DNA of 64,000 nucleotides, taken from the NCBI RefSeq assembly GCF_036321535.1, contig NC_087436.1:43960001-44024000 (forward strand), written 5' to 3'. This document shows, piece by piece, positions 38,721 through 51,697 of the stretch. The notes below the pieces were generated by a model. That model worked only from the letters and a program-made list of their open reading frames with translations, had not been told where the DNA came from and searched no databases. Each line of letters starts with the position of its first letter. Position 1 is the first letter of the stretch. A program made the translations under genes and the position numbers. The DNA is from Camelus dromedarius. Lineage: Eukaryota.

Positions 38721-39199
38721 TCTTCTTGGTTCTACCTCTCAAGTTAATCTGCTCTACATTCCTACAGCAGTTATCAATCCAAACTATACCATGTCCCATT
38801 GGAAGTACCATACATCCACTCTTGCCCTGTTACAACCTATTCTCTACGTAGTAGCTAGAGGAATTTTTCAAAAATGCAAATCTATTACTGTACACTCTGG
38901 CTTACAAAAGGTCAGTGGCTTCCTATTCTACGTCAAATAAAATTCACTCTCCCTAACACCTTACCCAATACAGTACACTCTCCATTATTTGCTGAATAAA
39001 TAAATGCTATTTCTAGGGTTTTTAATAAACAAATAAAACAAGAAAACTAATATCCTTTTCTTAGCAGTTCAAACACAAACATTTTCAAGTTTAGTTCCAT
39101 CCTGCTTTGCTTTACTAACTCATTCCCTTTTGACTTCAGATTTAATAAAATAACTATTTTATAAGTCAGGAGACAAAATTATTGCATGTTTATGGAGTA

Positions 39200-40848
39200 A
39201 AACTAGTAATAATCAAATAATTTATTATTCTTAAATGTAAAAATGTGTTTATTCACAATCTTTGAGAAGTTACCATTCCTTCAAAAAATTCTTTATGAAC
39301 AAAATACCAAGAAAAATTACAATAGTAGCTTATGCCAAACCAAAAATATACATCTGATGTATACAAACTTTAAAAAGCATAACACAGGCAATGTGCATAT
39401 AGATTATCATTAAAGTATTTCCAATGACACAGCTACAACTTAAATTATGTTAAGACAGACATAAATTATAGCATTACCTAATATATATTTACATATTTAA
39501 AGTTCCTATTTACTTCCATGAGATAAAAAAGGAGACAAAACCACAGATGTCCATTGCCTTAGCAGTTCAAATATTGAAAGGGCCACATGATTTTTTAAAA
39601 GTACAGCAAGAACTTTAAGTTACTATTTATATCTGGACCTTCCTGTATTTTTGAGAACATGCACTGTCATTGTTCCAAGAAAAAGAAAGAAAAACACTAA
39701 GGAAAAATCAGAAAACAGTTTGCTTACTAAAATCATATTAAATCCTCAGCAAAATCAAGACAAGCAATTAGGGAGTGTCTTATATCCTAGGCCTTTTAAA
39801 TTGAATAAACTTTAGAGAAAAGAAGTTAACTGTTTATCATAAAATTCAGTTGTATATATTGATTTACTTAGTTTCATCCCATTAAAGCACCTTGTATTAC
39901 AAGGTAAAGAAAAGCTTAATAAAATCAATGGATTCTTTCATACCAGAAAGGATTTTATTTACTTTGAAATACCCGTATTACCTTTTTTTTTAGGTTTTCC
40001 TTTCTTAAACCATGCCCAGAGAATATGCTCTGTAAAATCTTTCTAAGACCATTCATTGAAATATAGAATTAAAAAAAAATGAAACCTAGAAATTTAATAT
40101 ATCAATTAACTTAAAGTCAATAGTCCATTAATAGTAGCATGTAAAAAGAAGTGAAAAACCTAAGTATATATATTTTCTTAAATATTACTTCTGATTACCA
40201 ACTTAAGTGTCCAAACTCTGAAAGCTTATTTTAACATGTCATATCCATTGTTCAGACTGAATCAACATTATACTCGGATATGCAACAAAGGTAGAAAGAA
40301 ACTGATACTTCAGCCTCTCTTTAGGGTCACCTACTCAAATTAATTGTGCTTACTATTAGATAATAAAATTTAAATAAGTCACAGGAATAAATAATGCTGG
40401 TAAAGGGAACACTATTCTAAATCTGAATCTGGCAGTCCCTCTTCATGCTCCCTTCATGTCCACTGAGAATTAACACAAAATGCCTTAATATTTTCACAGT
40501 TAGCTACTGAAATAGGGTTAAGAAAGCATTCAAAGTGAAATTGATAAAACTATTTTAAAAAGTGAAAATCTACAAATAGTAAACAGGAATGCTATAAAGA
40601 AAGAGCTAAAATAAATTTAATTAATAACATGACAGAAACATTGAACTGTTTTTGAAAAGCAGAAGGCAGATGATGAAATTGCACTTAATTCTGAAGCAAT
40701 TCAGATACAGCCTATCATTCCTATTCCTTCTTAATAAGCATTTACATGGTTTCTTACCTCCCCTCTTACAAAAAGGCTCAGCACAACCATTTATACATTC
40801 TAGCTGGTTTTTGGTCATAACTGGTAAACAAGATCACACAATTTTACC
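39200..40848 (-). other. AP1AR: AP1AR 3' UTR with candidate polyA signals
   Basis: Repeat-free AU-rich stretch; minus-strand AATAAA at 39954-39959, 39248-39253 and 39221-39226. Confidence 0.7.
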
Positions 40849-41114
40849 CTATCGTTTTTGTTGATCTGCATCATATTGCTTTAGGCCAGAATCAGACAGT
40901 TCTAACACAGGATTTACAAACCCAGAATACTCGGAATTGCCATTATCATCCATTTCAGCACTGACGAAATCATTCTCCCACTCCAGCCCATTGGAATCAT
41001 CAGAGGCTGATGTAGGATTACTTCCAGTCTTCTTGCTGCTATACTTAAGTGCTGCCTGGAGAATGTCTTCCTCTGTTTTGGACCGTTCTCTCACTGGAAG
41101 CATTCGATTCATTC
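40849..41114 (-). CDS. AP1AR: AP1AR last coding exon: (G)MNRMLPV...GLEWENDF...DQQKR*
   Basis: aatag| acceptor, TAG stop 40851-40849, WENDF motif. The nine exons sum to 826 nt in one continuous frame, leaving 83 nt for an exon 1 outside the window if the protein is 302 aa as in human. Confidence 0.97.
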
Positions 41115-41459
41115 CTATTATTTGGGCAGAGTTATTAGAAATTTCAGTGAAGATTTAAAAAGCTATACTAAAAGACAAACTATCAGACTTGATTTGTGAA
41201 TTAACTTAAAGAGCCCATCCTGTGGAGGCCTTTTTAAGGGAAATGTTCGGGTGTAATCTGAGAGTGAACATTAATGTTCACTAAAGGACAGTTCTGATGG
41301 CAACACTGATCATCTAGTAAGATGAAATTTCTGAAGAGCATATATAAAGCAGAATCGATGGAGGACTTTAATTGCAATTAGTCTTACACAGCCAAATCAG
41401 TGTGTCTGCCAAAGCCCTTTCCAACCTAGATGACAATTTCATTTTCCAGAGATGATAAT

Positions 41460-41730
41460 AACTCTAATAATGATAACAATATATACATTTCTAGTACTTA
41501 CTAGGTTCCAGTTAATGTAGTCTGCACTTGACATCTATTAACTGACAATCCTCAACAATTCTATGAAGTTACATACAGTCCTATCATTATCCTCCACTCT
41601 GCAGTTGAGGAAACTAGGGCAGAAAGAGGAAAGTGATTGGCCCAAGGTCACACAGCTATACAAGTGGTGGGGTGAGAATCTGATACAACTCAGTTTGGCT
41701 CCAAAGTCTGTGCTCTTTTGCTATTCTGAC
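41460..41730 (-). mobile_element. MIR
   Basis: gaggaaactagggcaga...gcccaaggtcacacagct. Confidence 0.75.
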
Positions 41731-41739
41731 TCTAGCATA

Positions 41740-42460
41740 AGAGCAGAGACGTTTCGAGGGAAAACTGTTCTAGATCTAATTCTAAACAGAAAGAAATTGG
41801 TCAGTAAAATTGAAAATATCAAAAATATTGGAAGAAAAAACTGTCATTTTGGCACAAGGAAGATAAGGAGGATAGAAAAGAAATTTGAATTTGCAAACGT
41901 AGAATCAACACTGGTAATAGAATTAAAAGCTTCCTTAGGAAAAGAGATTATAAGAGAATATCCCTAGAAACATTTAATAATTTAACATATCCTGAGCGTA
42001 TAGAATCAGACCCTTCAATAACAAAAGAACATTTAAATCTATCGCCATTGTCTGTCACTACAAAAATCCGAGACTCAACCTGGCAAAGCAAGTTGTCCTT
42101 ACAGACGTGATAAAAATTTGAGCTGGATATTAATATCATTTTGTGGATTGGTATTTAATTGAATAATACTATGTCTAAAGGAAGCTGGATTGGTTTCTAG
42201 TGGGCTCTGTCGTCTACCTAGTCTAGTTAAAAAATTCTGTTTTAATGACTTGAATGACCTCAAAAGTCACATTATCTACAAATTTGATTAGCATACAGTG
42301 AGACTGACAGAATCAAGGATTAAAAGACATGAAAGGCTTTATATCAAATTGAACAAGATGCTAAAATAAAAATAAATTAAAATCTGCTGATTGGGATCCA
42401 AATTCACAGTAACAAAAGTACAGGATTGGGGAAACAGTTTTTAGCTGAGAAGATTTTAAA
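41740..42460 (+). mobile_element. Ancient CR1/L3 LINE fragments
   Basis: Peptide RGKTVLDLILN resembles the CR1 endonuclease motif; downstream aatgacttg...aaatttg and aagtacaggattgggga resemble L3 RT. Confidence 0.6.
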
Positions 42461-43107
42461 TTAATTGTAATCTTTGGTAAAATTATTAAAGTCCTCTGTA
42501 TATCAGTTTCTTTATTGATAAAACAAATGGCTTAACTAGAAGATATCTAAGGTCTATTCCACTGCAAAATTCTGTGAAATATTTAATACTTACTACTTTT
42601 CTTAAAGTCCTATATTCTGTAACTGGTTTCTCTTTTTTTGATTACCTATTTCTTAAAATGAAAATAAAGACTTGGGCCTTATTCAGTGAAATGGCCTTAA
42701 AAAAATCCACATTTTAGCTATACTCTGGAGTACTTATAGCTATGTGCCATACTGTACACTGAGCGTTTTATATAAATTTTACTTAATCCTCATAATATTC
42801 ATGATTTCATTTGTTCAAATATTTATTGACTGCCTATTATGTGCCAAGCAATTTTAGACCCTTAGTATACAACAGTGAATAATCATTCTTTAAAAGTAGG
42901 TTTATAATTTCCTTTTTATGATGAACAAACTGCAGCTTAGAGAGATTAAGAAATCTGTCTAAAGTATTACTGCTAGGAAGACATACTAGCTAAAATTCAA
43001 ATTCATGTCTGTGTTATGGCTTTTATATTAGCAAAAAAAAAAAAAAAAAAAACAACCTAATTGCTTATTTATTATGAACTAAAAGTTAATTATATTTTGG
43101 CTTTAGG

Positions 43108-43127
43108 TGGTCCACAAGGGGGCAGTA
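43108..43127 (+). promoter_or_regulatory. Candidate CTCF site
   Basis: TGGTCCACAAGGGGGCAGTA closely matches the CTCF core, in very AT-rich intron. Confidence 0.6.
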
Positions 43128-43402
43128 ATTTTTACTGAGTAAAATGAGCTAGATTACAAAAACCTTAAAATAAGAACATTTATTTTCTAAATCTCAAGAA
43201 ACATTAAGAATTAAGCAACTTTCTAAAAAACTTACCAACAAATGATAATCACTAATACAATAAAAATCTAAGAAATTTTTACACTGATTTTTCAAGGCCT
43301 TGCATTCATTTCAGTTTAAATGAAGTAAAATATAAAGTACATTTCTATAAATTAACACAAATTAAATAAAAGTTTTCAGGTAAAATTGTGAATATAAAAT
43401 AC

Positions 43403-43531
43403 CTTCTTCATCTTCCCATTCTAGATCTAAAGATGTGCTGTCATCATTTCCACTAGTTGATTTAGTTTTGGTCATTAAATCACAACTGCTTTCTGTATTT
43501 GGTGTTAAAACTGTGGCATCTGATGAGAGTC
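43403..43531 (-). CDS. AP1AR: AP1AR exon 9: LSSDATVLTPNTESSCDLMTKTKSTSGNDDSTSLDLEWEDEE
   Basis: tctag|...|gtattt, 129 nt, phase 1-1; contains the acidic-Trp motif DLEWEDEE. Confidence 0.96.
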
Positions 43532-43712
43532 CTAGAAAACACACCAAATAGAATTAAATGTGGTCATCTATACTCCTTTACCACAACCATTTATTTTGTG
43601 ATAAATATCTCTTTCCAAATAACACTACTCCTTTTAACATCATAAAAAACAATTATTGAAATCACTGCATTAGTAAGTTTCTGTTAGAAACAGTATAACA
43701 GTATAAAGGGGT

Positions 43713-43830
43713 TTTCTCCCTTTCTCTCTTTTTATTTCTTTATTTTTTTAGTGGAGGTACTGGGCATAGAACCCAGGACCTTGTGCATGCTAACTAAGCA
43801 TGCTCTCTACCACTGAGCTATACTCTCCCC
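43713..43830 (-). mobile_element. tRNA-Ala-derived SINE (camelid Vic-1 type)
   Basis: Minus strand GGGGAGAGTATAGCTCAGTGGTAGAG...TTAGCATGCACAAGGTCCTGGGTTC...CCAGTACCTCCA plus A-rich tail. Confidence 0.85.
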
Positions 43831-44448
43831 ATCTTTTCTTCTTCTTCTTCTGCTTCTTCTTTTTTTTTTTTACTTCTTTTCACATCTACCACAGTAAATA
43901 TGCAAATTTAAATGAATTATAAACTTTCCAAATATGATAAACTCTAGGTAATATTTTTAACAGTCAATTACAAAAGGGAACAAAAACAAACAAACGAAAG
44001 TGATAAATGAAAATCAGTCTATATTTTCAAAAGGAACCACTACCATGCTTCCATTTCTGGGGAGCATAGTAGTTCTGACTTCTGAAACTTGGAGAAAACC
44101 GATTTAATCTTATAAACCAATTTGTAATAAGTAAAATAAGTATACTTTTTTTGTACCTATTCCCCTTTTCTAGGAGAAGGAGAGGTGAGATCAGAGTAGA
44201 AATGGAAAAAGGAGTGCTTGATTCCCTATATGTATCTACAGAAATGGCCTGAAATTTTTCTTAGCCCCAAACTCCTTTTAAAAAAGGAAAGATAAAATTG
44301 TGTAATTAAGGACTAGTTAAGTGACCTGTCTGGGCAACACAAATTGAAGGGTAGGAAGTTCTTCTCAAAAAAGCCAAGATCTCCAATTACCTGTGTAATG
44401 TGGCATAAAATAATCTTAAAACGTATACAGATATTTTAAAAGACTTAC

Positions 44449-44522
44449 TACTACTGCGAAAAACTTCATATTGTGACTTTATATTTCTCAAACAAGATTC
44501 AAAGTCATCTTCTGGTCCTGAG
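44449..44522 (-). CDS. AP1AR: AP1AR exon 8: SGPEDDFESCLRNIKSQYEVFRSS
   Basis: tacag|...|gtaagt, 74 nt, phase 2-1. Confidence 0.96.
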
Positions 44523-45117
44523 CTGTAATAAAAGTGAAATAACTTTTCAATATATTCATAGTAGATACAATATAACTGCATGCTTAAGTTAATGATACCA
44601 CTGTGGTTTGAAGGTCTATCCCACACAAATTCATAATTACCTTACAATTAGAATAATCTAACCAAAAGAGGTCTTAATTTCCTTAATGCTAGCAATAAAC
44701 TGAAAATAATAAGTCGAAATCCAAAGCTTAGCCATAAGTCTAACTTTATAATTTACAATGATCTGAAGCATGAACAAGGTTCTTTGCATGAGTAGGAATC
44801 ACGACTGGAAATGTGACACTGAAACATGTCTTCTAAAAAATGATCACACATAAACTTTATTGTAAGAAAAGACAGGGGCCAAAGAAAACAAACAACTAAG
44901 GCAGAAACAATTTATCCAAAGGCATTCAGTGTGCTATTGCATCATATTCTATATGAAAGATGTGACCACTCTTAAGAATGCAATAAAGTCAACTTAAATA
45001 AATGATCATTTTCCAATATAAAGAGAGCAAATATTCTTAGCATTCTTACAAGACAGTGTCTTTGATAAGTAGTAACATTTTCTACCACAAAGGGAAGAAA
45101 TATGTTTTGTTATTTAC

Positions 45118-45176
45118 CTTTGATATTCTCCACTGTTTGAAGAATGGTATCGCTGTACAACTCTCTGCCTTTCTTG
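45118..45176 (-). CDS. AP1AR: AP1AR exon 7: QERQRVVQRYHSSNSGEYQ(S)
   Basis: ccaaag|...|gtaaat, 59 nt, phase 0-2. Confidence 0.93.
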
Positions 45177-46936
45177 CTTTGGAAACATAATACAATACAA
45201 AATCACTCTGTTGAAAAATTTTATTTTTTAAAACCATTCATGCAATGGCAAAAAGTATTCTTTTTCTAGTTTTTGGGAAAAAAAAAACCTTAAAAAGTTA
45301 CTCTATTGAAGTCTTTTTCCTTAAATTTATCACTCTTTATTTCTATATCCTCTTATTTATGGGTAGAATTTCTCTCAACTTGCCAGTGTATAATCCTTAA
45401 GTGGTCAAAATATTCATAGTGTTATTAAAAAATAACTTTGAAATTAGTAGCAATAAAACAAAAGATCTAAAAGACCTGAGTTGTGACTCTGACAGTTACT
45501 AGCTGTATGTCCTTAGCATGTCCTTTATTTTCTGTTTCTTCATCTGTAAATTACAGATGGCCATAATACTGCCCTAGCAAATTCACAGGGCTATTGTGAA
45601 AATCAAATGAATTTGTATGTCTCTGTGTGTCTTTGTGTGTCAGTGCATGCTGTATAGACTGCTATATGTTCCTATATCAATATTTATTCAGGGAAGAAAA
45701 CACTCAGATTCTGCATATGGAATGCTTTTAGTCTTTAAAAGGCAAGCAGTAAGAAAATTTATTATAATAAAAAGAGTTGTCTAAATTATAATTAAAGGAA
45801 AATACTTTTATTTCTTAGTAGAAGATGAGTTAATTTTTAAAGTTTCCCACTACTTAGAACTTACTAAAAAATAAAAATTAAAAAAGATACTCCCTCATAT
45901 AATCTAATTAATCTGCTAAAATGCCAGAGAGAGAGAGAGAACACAGGTTCCATAGAAATCACACAGAAACACGATATTTGATTTTTCAGTTTCTCTAAGT
46001 TACGATAATTATTATGTGACATAATCCTTGTACTACTTCAGTTAACACTGCAGTGGAGTACACACAGGCAAAAGATGGAGGAGGATGCTAAGTAGAAAAC
46101 TGGCAAAGCAGTACTTGAACTCTGGCTCTGTCATTTCTAGTTGTAGGATCTTAAGCAAGTTACTTAACATCTTTGTCTCTTGGTTTCATAATCTGTAAAA
46201 TGGGTATTAAAACCACTATCTTCCTCCTCAGATTGCTGTGAGGATTAAACACAGTGAAATATGTAAACTAATCAGATCAGATTCTGACACTTAGCTAGGG
46301 CTCCATAAATGTCTGTTATTAATAGCTGTCTGGCATTATGATAATGCCATATTCAAATACGGCATGGTAAGGCATGATAAATCTGCTGTTTTCTCTGATA
46401 ATATGTCAAGATTTCTCAAGACTCAAACTCCTAATCTCCCAAAGATACACATATGAAGATGAGAAATATACAGTATTCCTATGGGGCAAAATCACCCAGT
46501 TTATCCGATTCTAGGAAGTATAAGACTAGCAGTTCAAAAAATTGTTTAAAAAAAATTCACAAAAATAAACTTTAAAAAGCTGTAGAAATTATATTTAAAG
46601 GTTAGTTTTGCAATGTTTCATCTAAGAATATATTTATTTTTCCAAAAGAGTACTGAATTCTGGAGAAGTAAATTTCATCTTTGGGATAATCAAGAACTAG
46701 CTTCCGCTAATTGAAAGCTAAATAGCATTCAGTATCAAGCATATAATTTGATGTTATTTCTAGCTGTTAAAGACCAACTAACATGTCTTCAAAATTCCTA
46801 GGAATATATAAATAAATACATTTGTTGTTAAATAAGAAGCCCTTGACTCTAGGGGAAAAAAGGTCCCAACTAAGATTTGTCAGAGAAAATCAGGAGAAAA
46901 GCAGCCCTAATGTGTGTTGGGGTCTTTTCCCCTCAC

Positions 46937-47035
46937 CTCCAAGAGCTTTCGCTGCTTTGCTGCCCTGGCTGCTTCACGCTGTGCAGCGTATAAAGCTTCT
47001 TCTTCTAGTCTTAACTTCTCTTCTTGTAAGGCTAA
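46937..47035 (-). CDS. AP1AR: AP1AR exon 6: LALQEEKLRLEEEALYAAQREAARAAKQRKLLE
   Basis: tacag|...|gtgagg, 99 nt, phase 0-0; coiled-coil-like. Confidence 0.96.
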
Positions 47036-48211
47036 CTGTACATGAACAAAATAATAAGGATTAACAAAAATCAGAACCTGTCTAACTGCTCTAAAAATAA
47101 AATATTTCTATTTATAAAATAAAAAATAAATCATTAAAAAAATAATTGAGCTCTACAAAGCAAGACAGAATTGAAATTTTTGTGATTTCTCGTTTCAATT
47201 TCTCTTTTTACAAAATAACTCAAATGATATCAAACATTGCAGAATTCTTTAGAAGGTGAATTATAAAGTAGAGCATCTAATTTGCATAAATACAAACTGT
47301 TTCTAGCTTTAGAACATATAGTGATCTTCATTCTCAACAATTGTTCCAATGCCTATCACCTTGATTAGTTTAATGGTTTGGGCCCTCATAAGTTCAGGGT
47401 CTTTAATCACATCACTGTCTAACAGAGTGAAGCAAGCTTTCACAAAGTTCATTTAATACTGATGCACATGTGTCCTGAGTTCTATTACTATCAAGTTATT
47501 AAATTACTTCCAAATTTAAGTTCTTGCCATTCATAACAACATACAAACTGCTTTAGTAATAATCTATTGCATGTCAGATCAAACTTAAAAATCAAATTTC
47601 AACACAATTTTTTTCTTTAGCCTAACATTAGCATCTATTGTGTAGCTTAAGTTAATGCCGTTGAAATCACCAGCTGGTACTAAACAGACTATTTTTAAAT
47701 GTACAATGGGATATAATTAACTCCATTTAGTTTAGAAAATGGCAAAACTATAATTACAGGCCATTTCTGTAAATACGTTAAAGTAAATATAACATTTAAG
47801 ATCATCAGAAGTACTTGGTTCACTTACTAAGAATAGATAAATACAAGACAAACAAAGAGATTAAAAAAAAAGACGACTTATTGTGAAACAGAGTAATTTT
47901 TTAGTTAGTTTTAAATACAAAGGTGCATGTATCTTGCCAGAGTCCTTACTTGTGAACTCAGAAATTACTTAGAGAAGAATGTATTCTCTTCACTTATTGA
48001 CAGCATATGATTTCTGATAAATTAAACCAAACTAAAACAAATTATTATAGGCCGGAATAATTTTTTTCACTTTTAAGTAATTTTCATCTCTGTATATCTA
48101 AATATAGGTCCAATGACTATTCATATGCAATATATTATTTAATGACACCTTTCCTCTGTAAATATAGAGATTTTAAGATAACATATACTTAAGCAACATA
48201 AGACTATTCAC

Positions 48212-48308
48212 CTCTTTTTGGATCTTCATATCAAGATCTTTCTGTTTTTCAACAATAGAATCATAATGCTTCTCTCTTAGGTCAACAATTTCTTCCTTGG
48301 TAAGAGGC
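48212..48308 (-). CDS. AP1AR: AP1AR exon 5: PLTKEEIVDLREKHYDSIVEKQKDLDMKIQKE
   Basis: tgtag|...|gtgaat, 97 nt; within ORF 48173..48418. Confidence 0.96.
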
Positions 48309-48549
48309 CTACAGAGGAAAATGAGGGAGAAAAGGAAAAAAAAAAAAAAAGCACTGATGAGCCCACGTCTAAATAAAGCACTCATAAAATCAATGAAATT
48401 CTGAAATTTTACTGTCAAAAATGTATTAGAGCAATTTGATGCGATGATTTCAATTCTTAGAGTAAAAAAGCATACATTCTAATGCTAATTACAATTTGGT
48501 ACATGAGCTGAATAAGATGATATACCATCAGAGTACTTTTTAGCAAAAC

Positions 48550-50160
48550 ATTCACCTCCATTTACCTTTACTTTGGCTCTGTTTCAGCCATCTGACCATA
48601 TCCCAAAATGTTCATCATAAAATACAAACTTTTGTACGCTACGCTGACCTCAGCCCCTGTATCATTCTGGGACTCTCGGCTCTCATACTCACTCCCCTCC
48701 TATTTATTCTGCTCAACCCCTCTGGTCACCCCAGGCCCTTGATCCTTCCATTTTCTCCCAGTAGTCTATCTGGCCTCACTTCACTTATAACCAGTGGGGA
48801 CTCCATGGCAAATCTGAAGTACTCTCTTACCTGCATACTCACCTTCTTGCGTGCCTATCATTATGCCTTATTCACCCAGATTACTCACTCTCTGACCTTG
48901 GATCATGACTAACCCTTTCTGCTCAGAGATGCTAAAGAAAATCCAACATCTATTGGCCCTCAGCCCCTAGCAATAAACCTTTACTTACACATAACTCCCT
49001 CTTATATCTTATGCTAACTACTTCAAAACCTTCACATACACACTCCTTAAATTATCATTAGAACTCCTTTCTCTTAGAAGTCAATATCACCCCACTTTGA
49101 GACATGTCTCTAACCATCAAATTCCTCATCTTCTTGCCAGTTCTCCTCTTATCTAAGTCTATCCTCTTTCCTCTAAAGAGGTAGCATTTTTTAACTTGTT
49201 CAAGGTCGCCACTGCCATACTTGTACTTGACTTATTTATCACTGGTGTCACCTCACCCCACCCCACCCCACCCCAGGGAATTCTGTGGGACACTGCTCCA
49301 TCAATTAGGGCCTCTCTTTCATCTTTAGTCTACCCTTTTTGTCTGTTTTCACCTCTCTTCATTGAAGAAAGGAAGAAGGAAAGAAAAACTTTAACTTGAC
49401 CTGTATCTATTTCTAACTACTGCTCCTTCTCCTTCCCATTTCAGCCAAAATTTCTGAAATCAAAAGTTTATTGATAGCACATCTAGCACTTACTATGTGT
49501 CAAGTTCTCATCTATGTGCTTTACACATATTACTAATTTTAATTCTCACAAAAACCCTGTAAGGTAGATATAAGGGTCATATATATGAGGGAAATGAGAC
49601 AAAGACAGGTTAAGATTAAGTCCTAGTAAGTCATATAGTATGTGGCAAAGCTAGAATTTGAACCCAAGTAGTCTAGGTCCTTGCTCTTAACTACTGTGTT
49701 TCCTTTACGTTCTGTGTCCTTACTTCCTATTCTCTCATTAACTCCTGACAGTCTGCCTCTGCTTTCATCAGTCTGATAACTTAAGCAAGGGTAATCAATG
49801 GCTTCTATGTTGCCAAATACAATAGACAGTTTTAAGTTCTTATTTTATTACTCTAGTTTCATGTGCCAGTGTTGACCCTTCCCCCCATTCTATCTGTCTG
49901 TCAGTCTGTCTTCTATCCTTGGCTTTCCATGCTTTACTGATCCTTCTTTATGCGCCCACTGCTTCTTGGTTATCTTCTGACTCCTCTTCTAGGGTCTGCC
50001 TATTCAATCCTCAGATCACAGCTCTCTCTCCAAGCTCCAACCACCCCACTTTCTCCTCTTCCCCAACCTCAGGTCTTGAAAATTATCATGGTTTTAACCA
50101 GCCATGTATAAGGTAATGTCACCTACTTTTGTTCCTCTAGCCCTAACTTCTGCCTAGGGT
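48550..50160 (+). mobile_element. L2 fragments split by an antisense MIR (about 49450-49700)
   Basis: C/T-rich L2 motifs (aatcaatggcttctatgttgccaaatacaat); MIR agaatttgaacccaag. Confidence 0.6.
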
Positions 50161-50585
50161 TTTGTTTTTATTTCTTGTGCTTTTAGTTTTTTGAGGTATT
50201 ACTTACATAAGATTAAAAAAAAAAAAAACATGATTAGTAAACAAGTTTTAGAATGTCATAAGGAAAGAAAAGGGGGATAAAGTTTTAAAAAATTCAAAGA
50301 AATGTATTTATCGATATTAGATAGTTTTTTAAAAATAAAATATGCATAAGTTCAATAGGAAAGCACTTAGGTAGGCACATATGTATATTAAATTCTTCCA
50401 TGTTCAAAACAATCTTTTGAGATATGTTAACACTTGCCTCAATCTTATAGAAAGAGAAAACCAAGGTCCTAAAATATAAACTGTTTAATGCCTCAAAGCA
50501 AGCAAATGTCAGAGCCTGGATTCTTAGAAAGCTTCTTACAGTTCACATAGAAGTTGTTTTTAAAAAAATTTTTAAAAAGCCTTAC

Positions 50586-50611
50586 CTATGACTGCTTCCT
50601 GGGCTTTCCCC
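50586..50611 (-). CDS. AP1AR: AP1AR exon 4 (26 nt): GESPGSSH(R)
   Basis: tacag|GGGGAAAGC...CATAG|gtaagg, phase 0-2. Confidence 0.94.
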
Positions 50612-50933
50612 CTGTACAAAAATTAATTAAACAATTAAACAAATTTCACTAACTGAATTCTATTTAAGGCAAGCCAATAAAATTTTTACTTAAGATATTT
50701 TCTGCTTATCTGTTTTATCATAAGAAATTTCATTATTAAAAGTTTTTTAAACAAAAAGCTTTAACATTTTACCTCTTCTCAAAGGCAAAATTCAGTTTAA
50801 TATCTACCTTAATTATATAACAACCAATTCCTGGACATTTCCTAATTTTTTATAATAAATATTTACTCTATGCCAAATGAACGTCTGGGGTCAAGATGAC
50901 TAGACAACATACTCTCTATGCACTCAACATTTA

Positions 50934-51697
50934 CAACCGATCTTCATTATTCACAGATTCTGTATATGCAAATTCACCTATGAGCTAAAATTTATTTTCA
51001 ATATCAAAACCATTACTCCCTGCACTTCTGTGGTCATTCATAAACTTGCACAGAGCAGCAAAAATCTGAGTTGCCTAATGTATACATGCCCACTTGAGGT
51101 GGAAGGTGATGCTCTGCCTTGTTTCAGCACTCATACTGTGCCTTCTCTGTAGTCTATTCAGTGTCAGTTTTTTGCATTTTTGTGCTATTTTTATTGGTGA
51201 TTTTGCTGTTTAAAATGACCCTCATGTGTAGTACTGAAGTGTTATCTATTGTTCCTCATTACAAGGTGTGACATACCTTATAGAGAAAATATGTGTGTTA
51301 CATAAACTTCATTCAGGCATGAATTTTTAGTGCTGTTGGTAGTGAATTCGAGGTTAATGACTCAGGGGGGAGGGTACAGCTTAGTAGTAGAGTGCATGCT
51401 TAGCATGCACAAAGTCCTGGGTTCAATCTCTAGTACAAATAAACCTAATTATCCCCCCACCCCTAACAAAATAAAATTTAAAAAAAACTTAATGAATCAA
51501 TAATATACATTAAAATAAGGTATCAAAGAGAAACATAAAACAAGGTTATATATTTGATCAGCTGACGAAAATGTTGTGACCAGAAGCCTGTAGGAACCTA
51601 ACCTGTATTTCCCCTAGGAGTAACGTTTCAGTATTCACTAATTCAGCATTCAGCAACTTTATAGAATGTAACTACCACAAATAATGAGAATCAACTG
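50934..51697. mobile_element. MER82-like TcMar-Tigger element
   Basis: Inverted termini caaccgatcttcattattc...aaataatgagaatcaactg after TA; subfamily name from memory. Confidence 0.75.
51365..51488 (+). mobile_element. Vic-1-type SINE with an 11-bp TSD inside the Tigger element
   Basis: tRNA-Ala-like body, A-rich tail, TTAATGA(C/A)TCA at 51354-51364 and 51489-51499. Confidence 0.88.

Noticed and set aside
41563..41967. 134-aa ORF
   Set aside because: Chance fusion of antisense MIR and CR1/L3 remnants inside an AP1AR intron.
43751..43830. tRNA-Ala gene (also 51365-51440)
   Set aside because: Insertion or mismatches in the arms, A-rich tails and a TSD indicate SINE copies.
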